DNA of 64,000 nt from Laetmonice hystrix (Eukaryota), in the NCBI GenBank assembly GCA_965235115.1, contig OZ249436.1, positions 6,696,001-6,760,000 of the forward strand, read 5' to 3'. The position numbers and the translations under genes are program-made. Below the pieces are notes generated by a model that had not been told where the DNA came from, made no database searches, and saw only the letters and a program-made list of their open reading frames with translations. Positions 27,496 to 41,658 of this stretch are shown here, piece by piece. The first letter of the stretch is position 1. Each line of letters starts with the position of its first letter.

Positions 27496-29350
27496 ATGAA
27501 TGTATAAATTGTAAAGATAAGTCGGTGTCTTAATTAAGTTTCTGCCCGGAATACGTAACCTGTTCGGTGTAACTGTGACTACGGTCGAGCAGGTCAAGAT
27601 GCACCATATCAAGGAGACATCGTAGAGATATTTCGGAGTGTAATACTGTGCTATGCACAGTACAGTCATGTGATGACTATAGTCACTGGGATGTACGACG
27701 TGGGCCTGTCAGGGACCACAAGCCACGTGTGTCGGGTGCTTAAAGTGACCGCAGGTCTCGTCCACATTTAGCGATGTGTTCGCAAGGAAGCATGCGAGGC
27801 GGAGGCAACACACGCCAAGTTGGCCTCAATTTCAAGAGAGGCTTGCATTTTGTTCTGTGGCGAATTGTATTATGACTTTCACATTGAAAGAAACACGTAT
27901 GCGTTAATCAGTAAGCATAAAGAAATCCACTACCAACTCGGTATATATACCAACAGAATGTAACGGTACCATCGGGCAAGAAAGTCGAGGTATATGTATA
28001 TCTGGCTGTCTTTGATATGACGTAATGCAGGTATGTAGTGTATGTACATACATTATTATGAGCAGAGTACGGGTATTCTCTGTATTATATCATCTTCCTT
28101 AACGCCCTGTGACGGAGATCTGGAGGACGAGCTTGCACGCATGTCTCCCTCGGCGAGTCTCCATTGCTCGGTGAGTAGATATGTTCGAGGCAGGCCAAGG
28201 TTATAAGGAAGGGATCTTACTACCTACAGCCGACCCCTGGTGTCACCAGTGTGCGAACTGCCTGTGGCTATAACGATGGTCGATAATGAAGATGCGTGTG
28301 TAACGGTGTGTATCTGTTAAATGTGAAAATGAGACAATAATGTATGTATAGAAATATATGTTTGAATAAGAGCACAAAACAGGTTTCCAGTTCCTAGTAC
28401 CAAAGTCTTTGAACCAGTCCAGGTCTTCAACCGTATCTGATAAGTCTTTGACAAAACGTCACTAGAAGTACCAGTAAGTCTAAGCTCCCACACATTTTAC
28501 GACAACCACCCTTGGATACAGTCATTCCACTGTCGGAACTTACACGAGAGCGATTCCCTTAAGACCCACACCTGATTAAATTAGGGTGGAAATGTTGGGC
28601 AAGAAGTCAATACAAGCCTTCCTCGGCCACAGTCAGTCCAGCTACGAGAGGGCGACAGCCCACATATAAACAAATCTGGCAATTTCTCTCACATCACGAT
28701 TCCATTTAGATCTGGTATCGCCTCATAATGAGAGAATCTTGGTTGAATTAAGTGCGATTGTCGGGTCCAGTGTTCGCCATCAAAGGCATCGCTACGGAAC
28801 CGCCGCCTGCGAACAGATTTCAATCGCGATTCATTTGCGACCAATTGGCAGATGTCAGATCCGCTGGGGCCGGGCATGTTGACCGGGCTGACCATGCCTG
28901 GCAGGTTGGCGAGCAATGAGGAGGCAAAGGACCTCACGTGTGCCCTCTCCCCCATTGACTGCCAGAAATGACTTGCCACAGCAGAAGGCTTGACGCATTT
29001 GCTCCACACAAGAACTCCACTTGATGAGGTGTTGCCCAAACTGGTTCTCTCTTAGTCCCGTGTATGGTCCAATACTTCATAAAATATTTCCGTGTAACGC
29101 CTGTCCTGACAAAGAAATGCAACCCGCATTTTAAGATAATGTTAGTCTGAGAAAAATCTTACGAAATCCAGATTACCCTCGTCCCGATTTAACCGAATTT
29201 TCCAGGTTTTCACCGATGCTCAATCTTCAGTTCAATCAGTGTTAACCCGTGATCAGTACGATTCCCATAATAATTTTACCATCGTCGGAAACAATAGATA
29301 TCGCCTGTTGTCGATGGTCTTTCACCCGTCAACATTGTTGATATTGAGCA

Positions 29351-29449
29351 TGTCCATGGCCTGGGCCCAGTGAGCCTGTCCATGGCCTGAGCCCAGTGAG
29401 CCTGTCCATGGCCTGGGTCCAGTGAGCCTGTCCATGGCCTGGGTCCAGT
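29351..29449. repeat. 26-bp tandem repeat x ~3.8
   Basis: TGTCCATGGCCTGGG(C/T)CCAGTGAGCC. Confidence 0.93.
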
Positions 29450-32400
29450 TTGTGCGGCCGCCTGGAGGAGATAGGTCGTATACCACGGCAGACAGATGTC
29501 TACCGTATGTTCTCGCGCCTCTCGCGCTCCACGTTAACATAAACATGGCCGCCGAGGCGCACACAATACGACAGGTGTTCCGCCATGTTTACGGCACAGT
29601 AGAAATAGCAATTTCCGCTAAGTGCTCGCCGTTCCTGGTGCCCAAAAGGTCGAATCGTTGCATCATATTTGGTCTGACGCTCTAGGTCAGATCTATAGAT
29701 AAATCCCGTTACAATAGACATTTGGTTTTCAGCTAATCGGTTACACAGAGGGAAACCGCAGAAGTAGACTACAGGGGAGTGAACCAATGCCAGCATGATG
29801 TCAGTGATTAGTCAACCAAAGGCTGTCTTATATTATGTAAGTGGGAGGGAGTTCCCTCAGCGCACTCACAAATTCACTGACAAATGCCCAGCCGATGTAA
29901 GTAAGGGTGTGGGGGTGTTATGTCTGCCTTACTACATATACAGGTTCAATTACTTGTGGTACCGTAGCTGCCACTCTCCCACCCCCACGACACGGGAACG
30001 CCTGGACTGTAATTTCCTGTACCCTAGTGGTCCTTTCATCCTGGCGGTTCGTAGAGGAGTGGCCCCACTGCGGGTTGTCGGACTATATCACGTATAGATG
30101 GTCTCCCGTCGGCTACATCCACGTAACACGGCCCCTCCTTCACTAACAAGGCCAGTAGGTGCATTTCTACAAAGCCAAATTGGAAAAATCCCATCACATA
30201 ACTTCCAAAGTGTATTTAATACTACAACATTTTCTGTCCCTCGCTTCTGAAATGTGCGTTTGTATATAATGGTGGTATTATATTATTATTGTTGTAAAAA
30301 GAGATCAAGAAAAACGGACGTACTTGGAAAGCCCCTGGCATGCAAAGCGTTTCTATTGTTATTTATTGCTGTGGAAGATTTAAAGGGAACTCAAAGTTCT
30401 AGAATCAATAGCCAGATAAATATGATGCGTGGTGTGAATGGTAAAGTCTCGCTCTATTATTCAATACAGTGTAGTTTACGCACACAGAGAAGTTATTATG
30501 CTGAGAGTGAAAAAAGGTAAACCTCACTCGGTCCACACTTACCTGAGTTGTTGAGTTGTATTTGGGTGCTTCGCCACAACCATCCTTTGACCTTTGATGT
30601 TTATAGCCAACCAGGTGCGTGGCATCACAGTTCATATCGTCTAAATAAACATAACAAATGCGAGGCGGCAACGACTACTCTCCTCTCCTGGTCCCAAAGT
30701 CGGTCAGTAATACTGGGTCTACATACACCTCGTACGCTGGATGGTTAGTACAATAACGGCAAAACATGGCAGTGTATGACTCTATCATCAACTACAACGT
30801 ACCACCTGGAGATTTGGCTGAGAAAAACTCCCAAAGTGTAAATAAATGGTTTGTTGAAAATTCCCAGACTGCAAAATTTGCCACGAGTGCGTCAGGTGAA
30901 CGAGAGCGGAAATGCCAGAAAGCATCACCTCCAGTCGGCGATCAGAGGCTCTTGTAATGTTGGTTTACTTAACGCAGTACTGGCTGAACCACAGAGTAGA
31001 ATATAGATGCTGGGAAAGACATCCCCCGTGCTACCATGCCATATGTCGGCTACAAGGCCGAGTTGAAGCAGGCGCTCCATTAACTTTCAATTGGGAGAAA
31101 CTGGTAACCATTCCCGTATCGATTATCTTGTAAAGTTGTCGCGGATTGGGCGCCGATCGTGCGAAATAGCGGCACTTATATAATCTACGAAATGCCAATC
31201 TCGTTAAGATGATACGGGCCCCGACAGTCAGATTCCGGAGCTGGTTTCAATAGGCTTATCTTGAGAACTGAGCGTTTGGTGTAAATTTAGCTGTGAGCTT
31301 CAGACTGCCTGGTGAAATGGCGGCCAGAGTTCTACAGCCTGCTTGCTGTCTAACATCTTAACCTTCCGATAACTAAGGCCTCGGTCCGGAGCTGTCTGAA
31401 AATCTTCCTGTAGCCGAATATAGCATGTTGTCACGGACTGGTTGGGGTATCTCGGACTGTTTCTCGACCAGAAACGAAAGAAAGATCCTTTCCTGAAACA
31501 TTCTCTGATGCCCGCTTGTTACAAAAGATGTAAAAAAATGAGCTAGGCAGTGTCTGGGCGTGCCGGGTGGGCAGTCCGTACTATGTCTGTAACCCACGAC
31601 GATCTGTGAGAGGGCCCGGGGCAGGAGACTGCTGTACGTCGGCTGTGACCCAGTTGTAGCAGTCAGTTGAGGCGGGGACAGGTGTGTCGTTGGCTGCCTC
31701 ATCATCCATCATCCAATGGAACTCCCGACCAAGCTGGCGAGTATGGCCGGGTAGTCTCCAGCAACCTTAGCTTACTGTGTGACGAACCGACAGGGATCAC
31801 AGAAACCTCACTCACGCAAGTGCCAGTCAAACACAAGCCAGTCTAACACATCGGTACGCACTCACAAACGTCCTGTCAATCATCGTGGTTTGGGGTTCAA
31901 GATTATTACAACCAGTCAAACTAGTATAACCTAACATTTACTGGTATGTCTTGTGGCACTTTTCGATGGATTCTCATTCATAGAGGTTGTGGCTGTTGGG
32001 TACAGTCTTAACATACAGTATTGTGACGTAAATATTAATCGAACGCCAATGATGGAATATACCAGGTGGTTGAATCTATCTTGTAGTTGGACTCTTGTGT
32101 AGACATGGATATGTAAATGTGTACAGGCCTACATCTGCACCTCACCTTGCAAACTCACACACGGTCTGCAGAGAAACCAGACGGTGTGATAAATGTTGTG
32201 CTGATTTATTTACTTGCATGATTGGTATTGGTATGTTACATATATCGAGTTATATCATCAAAGGTAAATGGCATAACAAATTATCTTTTTATGTACGTTT
32301 GGGAAAAAAGTTATAACAAACTCCGAATAACAAACTTTCGTCTGAGGAGGTGAAATGATCAAATATAACAGACTCCAATGTCACGGTATATTGAGATTGC

Positions 32401-32663
32401 ATTGTTGAACATTCGTATGTTTCGCGCAGCCATAATCAAAGGTACGTTAGTTCAGTAAAAAAAAACTGGATAATTTGGGAAAAGAGACGCCCTGGCCGTC
32501 CTAGCCGTATGGAACAGTTTTACACGGGAGAACGATCACTGATACGATGTGTTGAAACTACCGTTATCCTGGTCTATAAGTAACGGTGTGGTTTGTGTAA
32601 AATCCGGCGTGGAATGTGTTCTACAAACATTGTAAACATCAATTGGGTATTCTATTGTTGAAG

Positions 32664-32856
32664 GTCACACCTGACGACCCAATCAGCGACGTCTGCTGTA
32701 GGTCCGTGACGTCACATCTGACGACCCAATCAGCGACGTCTGCTGTAGGTCCGTGACGTCACACCTGACGACCCAATCAGCGACGTCTGCTGTAGGTCCG
32801 TGACGTCACACCTGACGACCCAATCAGCGACGTCTGCTGTAGGTCTGTCACGTCAC
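32664..32856. repeat. 47-bp tandem repeat x 4 carrying CCAAT and CRE motifs
   Basis: Unit GTCACACCTGACGACCCAATCAGCGACGTCTGCTGTAGGTCCGTGAC. CCAATCAG in all 4 units; TGACGTCA at 32707, 32754 and 32801. Confidence 0.95.
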
Positions 32857-35800
32857 TGACCTGGACGTATTTTGTTGAAAGATTTGGCACTATGTGTCAG
32901 ACTTAATTATATAAATCATATCTTGCGCTTGAAGCAGCGTGCATTTTCGTACAAAGTAGTGACTGGCCTGTAAAAATTAATTCTCCACCCCTGGAAAGGG
33001 AATTAGCAAGCTGGGAACGATAAGACATATATATTGCGTTCTCATAAGATAGCAGATCAATAGATTTAGACCAATGTACAATTCTCACAATGAGTATAGA
33101 TTAATTTATCGCATAGGCCTACCCGTATTTAATTGTAAACACAGAGATTTTGGTTTGAGGAGTCTATACCTACGATTATACAATATAATATATAGGACCG
33201 ACTGACTGTATGGGTTCTCCAGTTGGTATACTACACACCACAAAGAGGTCTCAAACCGACATCTTGTACGATTGTAGATTTGTGCATATTACCGTCATAT
33301 TGTAATAAGTGAATGTCACACACGTGTATATAAAATATATTTTACGGTGAAACACTCATACAAACACACAAACACATTATTATATATGTTGACTGCAACA
33401 CAGGGGACAATGCCCTCAATTATGTTCTTGTTTTCTTGAGCGAGAATTAAAAGGATATTTTTACTGTAAAGATGAAATGTGCCTGAGTCTGTTTTACTGT
33501 TACTCATTACCCACCATCTACATCCCTTTCCTATTTCTTCGCTTATCAACGAGACTAGTCTCGTTGCCCTTATACAGTATTTTCTTCTTCGTCTTCCCAA
33601 GGCGTAGCCCTGAGAGTGTCAATTTACAAGGTTCTTCCCTTATATATCCTTCTTGACCCGCGAATTCAATTCCAGTACGTAGGGAATGACCCCCCCCCCC
33701 CAAAAAAAAAAAAACACACACACAAAGTGACCTAAAAAATTACCCCTAGCTCACACCCCATTGTACAGGTGATTTTACCAATTATGATTAAATAAAGAAG
33801 AGCCAGACTAGGAAACGGCACATAGGCTCAGAACAAATCATATATGAGGGAGGCCCCCCCCCCCCCCAATGTCCTCCTTGAAAGATTTACCTATACACAA
33901 CAGATGGACAAAGGAGAAGGTAACTGCTGCTGGTGTGGTGGCTGTCTCTACCAACACGTCACTGTGCCCCGGTCACTATATCCACCAAGTCTAGCCGCGG
34001 GCAACGGCGGCAACGGAGATTTTAATGCCTTCACAAAACGGTTTGACCCCTGTCGTTGACGACACTGAATATCGACCCACAGACAGACTGGTGCCCGCTA
34101 AATTGGACCGCGTTACCCTCCGTATAGGCCGGTCGACCTAGACAAGAGGGATGGAAGCAATAGGGCAGTAAGGTTACCTTTTTAAGGTCGCACAATATAA
34201 ACTGATCGTGGGAAAAATAACTAAAGTGGCGTGAAAATTGCATAATAATACACCTAAAGAAATTACAGCGACAGCTGAATTTTTCAGGAGCTATAAAAAC
34301 ACAAACAGTCGGTAAAAACACTACGAATCTTTTTTATGCACGATGTCCAACTCTATTGCCCATGATAAGACGCGTTGCATGGTCGCAGGCATTACTTTTA
34401 ACCTTGACGTCCTTAGGTTAAACTTGCATTTAAATGGAGTTTGTAAGTAAGCTTGTATTTTTCCAGGTTAATAGCAGCTGATGTTACTTTAGTGCCGAGG
34501 GTACTTTAATCTGCACGAGTTCCCCCATTATTACAACTATCCGGAGATGACCCATTCGGCCTCCGCTGACAGACAACGGGCGCTCTGTCCACACGTGCCA
34601 ACTAGCACGAGTCGAACATGACACTGTAAAGTTCGCATTAAGTACAGTATATTAAATCCAGCGGTTGTGAGGTCAGTTTGCACTTCGATGAAACCTTGCG
34701 ATCATCACCGGATACTCTGGTGGATGACGGGATACTGAACTACTTACGTCATATATAGGTCAACAATCTGCGCATGAGCTGTACATGCGTTGTATGACAT
34801 TAATCACGGTCAAGGATGAAGAAAGCGAGGCTGAAGCCACTATAGTATCTCCCCAAGAGGTATCTCTTCTCTTCGCAGCACAATACACCCACCGCCCTTC
34901 CTGCTCCAACCTCCATAATTAGGTGCCGATTAAACTTTCATAGGCGTTCGTTTAAGTAATTGGCTCACTGGTGACTCGCCTGGGATCCGTGCTCAGGTGA
35001 AATTAAAATGAATCGCAGTGGGGTGGGGGCGGAGGCTGGGAGGAGTATAGGGTTGCGGGCCGGGGGATGTCAAGAATTATTCCTGCAGTCACGCCGACAT
35101 TGGTCGCCAATGGTAGAAGAACTGTAGCACCTGGCGCAGCGTACCCGTGGGAAGCAGGTGGGTGGCGATGTGGTCGGGACACAGGTTAATGTAGATGGCG
35201 GACAGTATGGAGGAGAAAAAAACGCCGGTAAAGTCGGCTACAAGAGGCAAAGATGGCTTGTCCCTGGAGCAAATACGACTGCGATAAGGTAATTACTCTA
35301 AAAAGACAGATATTGTTTCACTAATATACACATAACTATGTTATTATCTTGGAGTACTTAATAACTTGGATCTAGTTCTACGGATAGAAAATCCAGTTGA
35401 GATTATTCTATACTGTAAGCCGAATGTTTCTGTCTAAATATAAAGAAGAAGACCTATAAACGCTGTAGTGATTGAGCCTTGAAGCATTACTTACGGGAAG
35501 TTATCATATTTTTTCTCCCTCGTTGGTGGTTGTATGGTCTCCCCCTGGCGTGCAGCAGATTATCTATCATCCTTTCAACCCACAGCAAGCGGCACCTCCA
35601 CTCATTACCAGCCAACGATAAGACTCCATCGGGTTGATCGCAAGATCAGAAGCTGATGAGATTTTAATAATTCATCTGGTTGTTTTACTTTTTGACTACC
35701 TACTCGCTTCCTTTCGTGCATGCCACAATGTGTGCGTGCAACCTCTTGGGGCTCGGCCCCTTTCATGTCACGGGGTTCGTACTTTACGTCAATCAACCAT

Positions 35801-36189
35801 GACTTACCACTGCAAAATTTATATTGCCAGCAATAGGAAAGATTGATTTTAAAAAGTAAAATCTACTTGAATGAACTTTTTAAAGGTAAATCAAAAGGGC
35901 AGATGCCAAAGGTTGTTAACCTGAGTTCTTAGGGTCAAAACCAAAGGTCGTTGGCTTCAGAGGACTTTAGAAATGTCGCTTTGAAGCCGAATGATCCTCC
36001 GACCATATATAGAAAGGCACGTGTGGTTTATCAGCACCGTTCACTCGTGTATGCCTTTACATGAAGATCTATAGATCAATTTCTTCACCCATTACTTAAC
36101 CCCCAACTACAAAGGCTCCTAGGCGTTATACAGTTAGATACAGATCAGTATACTGCGTTTACTTCTTCTACTTCCATCGTGAATGTCTT

Positions 36190-36390
36190 TCGTCTCTTCC
36201 CGTATGAAGTATCCGGGAGAGGATATAGACAGCGTAAAAAATGTGAACCCAAAAAAACATGAAGACAGAAGGAGAACTCTTGTAAGACCTTGTATCCTCA
36301 TCTCACGCCTGTTCTCTGATGGTCCCACCTTTGATCTCCTCATCTCTAACCTTGCCAGGTCTCTGGCTCGGCTGCTGCTGCCATTACAGG
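36190..36390 (+). mobile_element. Weak LINE endonuclease (APE) relic candidate
   Basis: KYPGEDIDS ~ NYP..DIDW and TFDLLISN ~ TLDLVITN within the 98-aa ORF. Confidence 0.3.
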
Positions 36391-37619
36391 AGAACCTACT
36401 TGATGAGCTAGATGTTAGGGCAGATAAGACGAACAGAGAGAGGATGGAGGTGTTGCGGCTGATTATCTACAGGATATGAAAGTCCTCTCTGAGAAACTTA
36501 CATACAAGACTACGTTCACCTGCTCCACACGCCGATTCGTACTGCGGCTAGGTTATAAACTATTTCAAATAGTATATAGGTCACTGATAAGTCAACAATT
36601 CAGATTAATTATGTTACCCCAAATCCCACGCTACATATGAAATGGATAAAGAGTTTTTCTTTAAAAAATAGAAATCTCTATATCCAGCAATAGGGCAGGG
36701 CTGGCCTCGCCGCTGGGTAGAGGGCACTACCGGCCCCCAAAACATTCTGGCTGATTGCGCCCCTTTTGAGTCGGATTATAGAGTAAATGCATGGCATGTA
36801 GGAACAGATTTAGGGGCGGCAGGGGCCGGGTATATTTTTCCTGTTATGGGACATAAAGGCCTTTGCTTTGCTGTCGAAATCGGTTGACGAACATTGGGTT
36901 CTCTTATGGAATGTTACCCAGCCACGCCACACGGAAAACAGGTCGCGATAGGGCCTGTGCCCCCAGTGAAGTATCTTACGTTTCTGAAACGTTTCACGGC
37001 CTCCTGACGCTACAATTCTGTGTGTGTAACTGGTGAAAGCGTTGCCTGAAGGCGAGCAATGAGCAGTGAAAGGGTTCCGGCCATCAGTGGTGAGTACTCG
37101 ACGGATTTGGTCTCAATTTGAGAGGCTCACTGACCCGGAAGTAATCGTCCTACATGTACAGTTTGGGTCAGCTGTGTTGGTGTCGCTGGTTGGTCTGACA
37201 CCCCCAGCGTTCTGCAGTATCCACGACAACGTTCTTACGTCACATGCGGACCGTTCGCATTATGTTACCCCAAACCTAATAGTTTGCTTTTTCAGAGTGA
37301 AACTTTTGAGATTATTATTTCCACTCAAAAACGGTTGAGAAATGGACTTCTACATATAATACAGGACGAATCTCTGTAAATTTCTTATGGCCCTTTTTAT
37401 TTTACTCATTAACCATTGTGGTAATTGGATGGTTGTTCCTCAATTTGATCTCAATTTTATAACATTATTTCTACACTAACTTTCCTGTTGTTGTACTAGT
37501 CTCCCAACCGGACGAAACATTGTATTAAAGTAGTAGGTAGGTCAACGTTGTTGAATTAGTATTAGGCCTATCTGTATAATTGCATGTTCGGCTATAGACA
37601 GCCAAGAGCTATTCGAGGG

Positions 37620-37830
37620 TTGTTTATGGTTTGTTACAGAACCCTCGACAAAATAGAGCATTTGGAGAATGCTGTTGATTCCTTTGGAGTTGACCTAAGC
37701 GGCACAAACAGTTGTTATATTTGTGGTGACTTTTTTGTACCTCTGCCTTGTCATCGACCAGGTAGCGGCCTGTCATTGAAGACGCCACACAGCACGTTTT
37801 GTAAACCAGCGGTAAAGGGCATTCAGACTT
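37620..37830 (+). mobile_element. Decayed LINE apurinic-endonuclease domain relic
   Basis: LFMVCYRT ~ IIGVCYRPP; HLEN; CYICGDF (37713-37733) ~ IYICGDFN; later VIEDAT ~ VIEEPTR. Confidence 0.55.
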
Positions 37831-40800
37831 TGAGTGCCCTTTGAAGGATAGCTGAAAGGGTAGAGTGGGCCCGACCATTATAAGATACATTTTCATGAGA
37901 TTGTATATAACCGTTTCGAGAAGTTCTCGAGTACCCTCCTCTGTGAACTATGAATGTTGGATTGGGGCATTCATGGTTGTTGCCCTATAGTGGTAAACGG
38001 TTAACAGTTCCGCCGTAGCTTTAAATCTTGACACAATGGTAAGCCCGAGTACAGTGGCATGTCCCCACTTGGTGGTCTTCAAATGGGGGCCACCCTAAAC
38101 ACCCCCTCAACTCTGTAAACCCACTGTTTAGTACATCAGAGTCGACTGGTCATCCTATTCCCTCCATTCAGCCGATTTACCAGTATCAGAGAATACTCAA
38201 CATTGTGAAAGAAATGAGAATTGTTCTGGAAGAAAACACAAATAATTGGATAGAACGAATGCCTTAGAAAGGGCCCAGAGTCAGATACTGTTAGATCTGT
38301 CTCTGTGGGACTTTCTTGGTAACGCCCCACTATATATATGTAACCGGCCATTGACCCTTCAGTGACCATTCATTCCCTGTAGGCGGTGGTCAGTTCGGAT
38401 ATGCAAATACCTCCGCCTGTTGTAAGTCTTCTCGCAATGCTACAGCATTGTGTGCCTTCCCAAACAACGCGTCAGCTCCTCAGCGTCGGCAATTGTCATC
38501 CACAGACGCTCTTCCGGTTGAGCAGCCGACATTTAACGGTAGATTACTCTTAAATGGTCGATGTTTGCATTGGGCGCCACCAAGAAGCAAGGGCGTGTGG
38601 GAAAACGGGGCCTGACCGTCAAAAAGCGCTAAAATATGGATGTAGTGTCAGCACGGAGACAATTTGACAATATAAATCTGCCCTGCGGCTTGGATCCGGC
38701 TTAAAATCTGGCTATTAAATCTGCAGATGAGCCTCGAGATAGCGTTTGGGTTTTATACTGTTTAACATAAAGTTTAAACAGTATGAGTGAGAACAAACAG
38801 CAACACGCGGCAACACGTCATCTGGTGTTAACATACAGTAACTACTTTTTTTACAGACAGTAATATTATTACTCGGTGTACTTTCTTCTATTTTTAAAAA
38901 GTAAGAAAGCTTAATCTATTGATATTGATATTGTTCAGAGGATCATGAATTATTTATCATTTTACACCAAAAAAACACATGAAAACCGCCAAACGTTAGT
39001 GAGTAGTTTCTCCTTCTCTTTTCCAGCATTCAGCGTATAGAGGCGACATTCCCCCCTTTTCTGACCGAGAAAAAAGGCCATGAATCGAGGCGTGATTCTA
39101 CAAAGTCCCTACCAGAAACGTTTTGGGAGAGACCTAAGATCAAGCCGCTGACCGCCACGTAACCGCCCTCTTGGCGCGACCGCTGTGGACAGCCTTTCAT
39201 TTTCCGATCAATACAATTTGTTGTACAAAAGCCAGTAGACCAGGTTGGCAAGGAATGTGACGGTGTTCTGATCGTCCAATAAACGTGGCCTGTAATTTGG
39301 CGCGGAGCTGTCCTCGTGTGTCCGTCATCCACTAGGCCCAAGGCACGCGCCTTGGCGTCTTTTAAACCCAACTTGGCGCCAGAAGTAGGGGGTTAGGACG
39401 CTGAGGCCTCCTACACAACAGGGCAAGTGATGGTCCTATTACTTATGTTCTTCTTGTTTACAAGAAATGTGTGTGTTCAATAAAAGATTAATTCTGTCGA
39501 TCCATACAAAAGTTAAAATGTAAACACTAACTTTGTGCGTATATTACAGCTTCTCCGCTGAGTTCAGAATGTGAACTCAATTAGCATCGCACACATGTAG
39601 CGAACATTACCGTAGATCCCAGTAGATTGCACTCCACTAGCTAACTGATCGTTGTAAGCACACGCCTAGCACCTCCATGATCTGTCTTCGCACACTTCCG
39701 ACAGCCGAACCCGGGTTCTCCACCAAAAGGTTAGCAGTACTACTGGAAGTGTCGAGCCCGGCCGGTCGTAAGCTGTGTTTTGAAAGACAAGTCGGCGTTA
39801 ATGTACGTTGGGATGGGTCGGGCCAAATGTCAAACACTCGGTGAAGTGTCCCTAACGCTCCAAGGGTATAGATCGACGAGCTTCCTTGGCGCTGCTAGTC
39901 GACGTATAATACCAGGCGGAAGCTGTGCCTGTCTCATCCTCCCGACATGTGTTGTGACAACAACAGCATCTCCCAACAACAGCACACCTGTCAGGGGTCC
40001 CGTTCAAGACGGCCAACCTTCCACACGCGTTCAAACGTCAAACTGCGGTGTGTCGGATTATTTACAACTGCGTGGTTCCACCTGACCTCGTCAATCACTC
40101 CATGCCTCCAGTTCTTACTTTTAAAACACTGACAAGAAGAATCACGATCTTTTTGAGAATGAAAACTCCAGCCGATCTTTATTTTCTGTGGAGATGATTA
40201 TTGCGACGGTAATAAACTGGCACCATAACAATATGGCTACTGTTATAAACACTCTATGTTTATGTATCTCTGTAAACCATCTCAATTTCTTATACGTATA
40301 GCATTTGGGAAAAACATATAGACGGAAGCTAAACGTTTTGCGTGAGTATGTGTATTGGTGTAGCATTGATGTATTTTAGACACTAGATCATTTAAAATGA
40401 AGATATTATCGACATCTCACGACATCAAGAGCCCAGAATTATTTGCCTTACCATCACCATAAGCGTTTGTATTGCAGGCTACAAATATGGGCGATATTTG
40501 ACGTATCTGCGTATGTAACATGGTCAAAGAGACCATCTGGAATGTATTACCACAATCTCCATGATGCTTGTTTCCTTCAGGTCGTCTTCAGGGCACTGCC
40601 AGACAAACGCCAGGCCAGCCTGAGCCGAGAGGCTTTATTAAAGCCATGCCTGGCTCTGCAGCCCGAGCTGGCCACTCATAAAACGTGCACGTCGGAACTA
40701 CCTGCCACTAAACCCGGGTTAAGGCCTCATTATTCCTGCGCACCCGACTTAACACTGTGCTCCTTAATGTATGGCTTGGTGGTCGACGGCTAAATGGAGG

Positions 40801-41618
40801 TAAAGCAATGATCCATACATGCTCATCCCGCTCAATGATGAAAGCTATAGTCTAACGGACCGACCTATTTCTGAAACCTTGGGAAATTCCAGCCAGTGTT
40901 TAAATGCATATAGTTCTTGGTCTCAGTCATTTTAAATGATTGATGGTCGACACAATAATTTGAGTACAATTATTTAAATTGCCATTATACATTTTAATCT
41001 GCTGCTTATATCACGGGATAAAAGAATATTTCAGATTATTCAGGTACCACTTTGTATTAATCAAAGCAATGTCATTTTATTTCATTCAAACGCTTTATTC
41101 TTACGTATTACAATCACCACATTTTTTTTTCTGTTCGATTCCAATTGTACTGGAGATTGTATGTCCTAAATCTTATTCATTAAATTTTTCGGAGCTTTCC
41201 ATGTATGACTGCAAAGCTCATCTAAGAATGGGGCAGTTCTTGGCATATTCGCCTTACATCGAGTGCTGTGGCCCCAACACGTGACTTCTAGGAGGATATT
41301 GGAGAATTAGGCTGCATAGTGCTGACTGGCATAGAACTCGCCTCCCCTCCAAGTTTGGTCCCCAATTTCCCTTACTTGATATGCGCGCGAGCTGGTCCAT
41401 GCCTCAAACAATTGGATATACCTGCCGTCTAAGAACTGGGGGCACATCGTTTAATTCAATTTATTAAGATCGCAGCCACCTTCCAGGCAGCCAAGAATGG
41501 ACGAATAGGGACAACAGCTAACTCCAGTGTCCGCTCCTTGAGTTGGTAATCGAGTTAGCGCATGCGGGTTGAACACCAGCGACGGTTGTGGTGTCTTGTA
41601 TCCCTCCGCTAACCGTCA

Positions 41619-41658
41619 GACGTGACGTGACGTGACGTGACGTGACGTGACGTGACGT
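41619..41658. repeat. (GACGT)n microsatellite, ~7 units
   Basis: ...gacgtgacgtgacgtgacgtgacgtgacgtgacgt... Confidence 0.95.

Noticed and set aside
27496-30649. HS3ST polyadenylation site
   Set aside because: Only AATAAG (28365), ATTAAA (28575) and a distant AATAAA (30644) are present; cannot choose without 3'-end reads.
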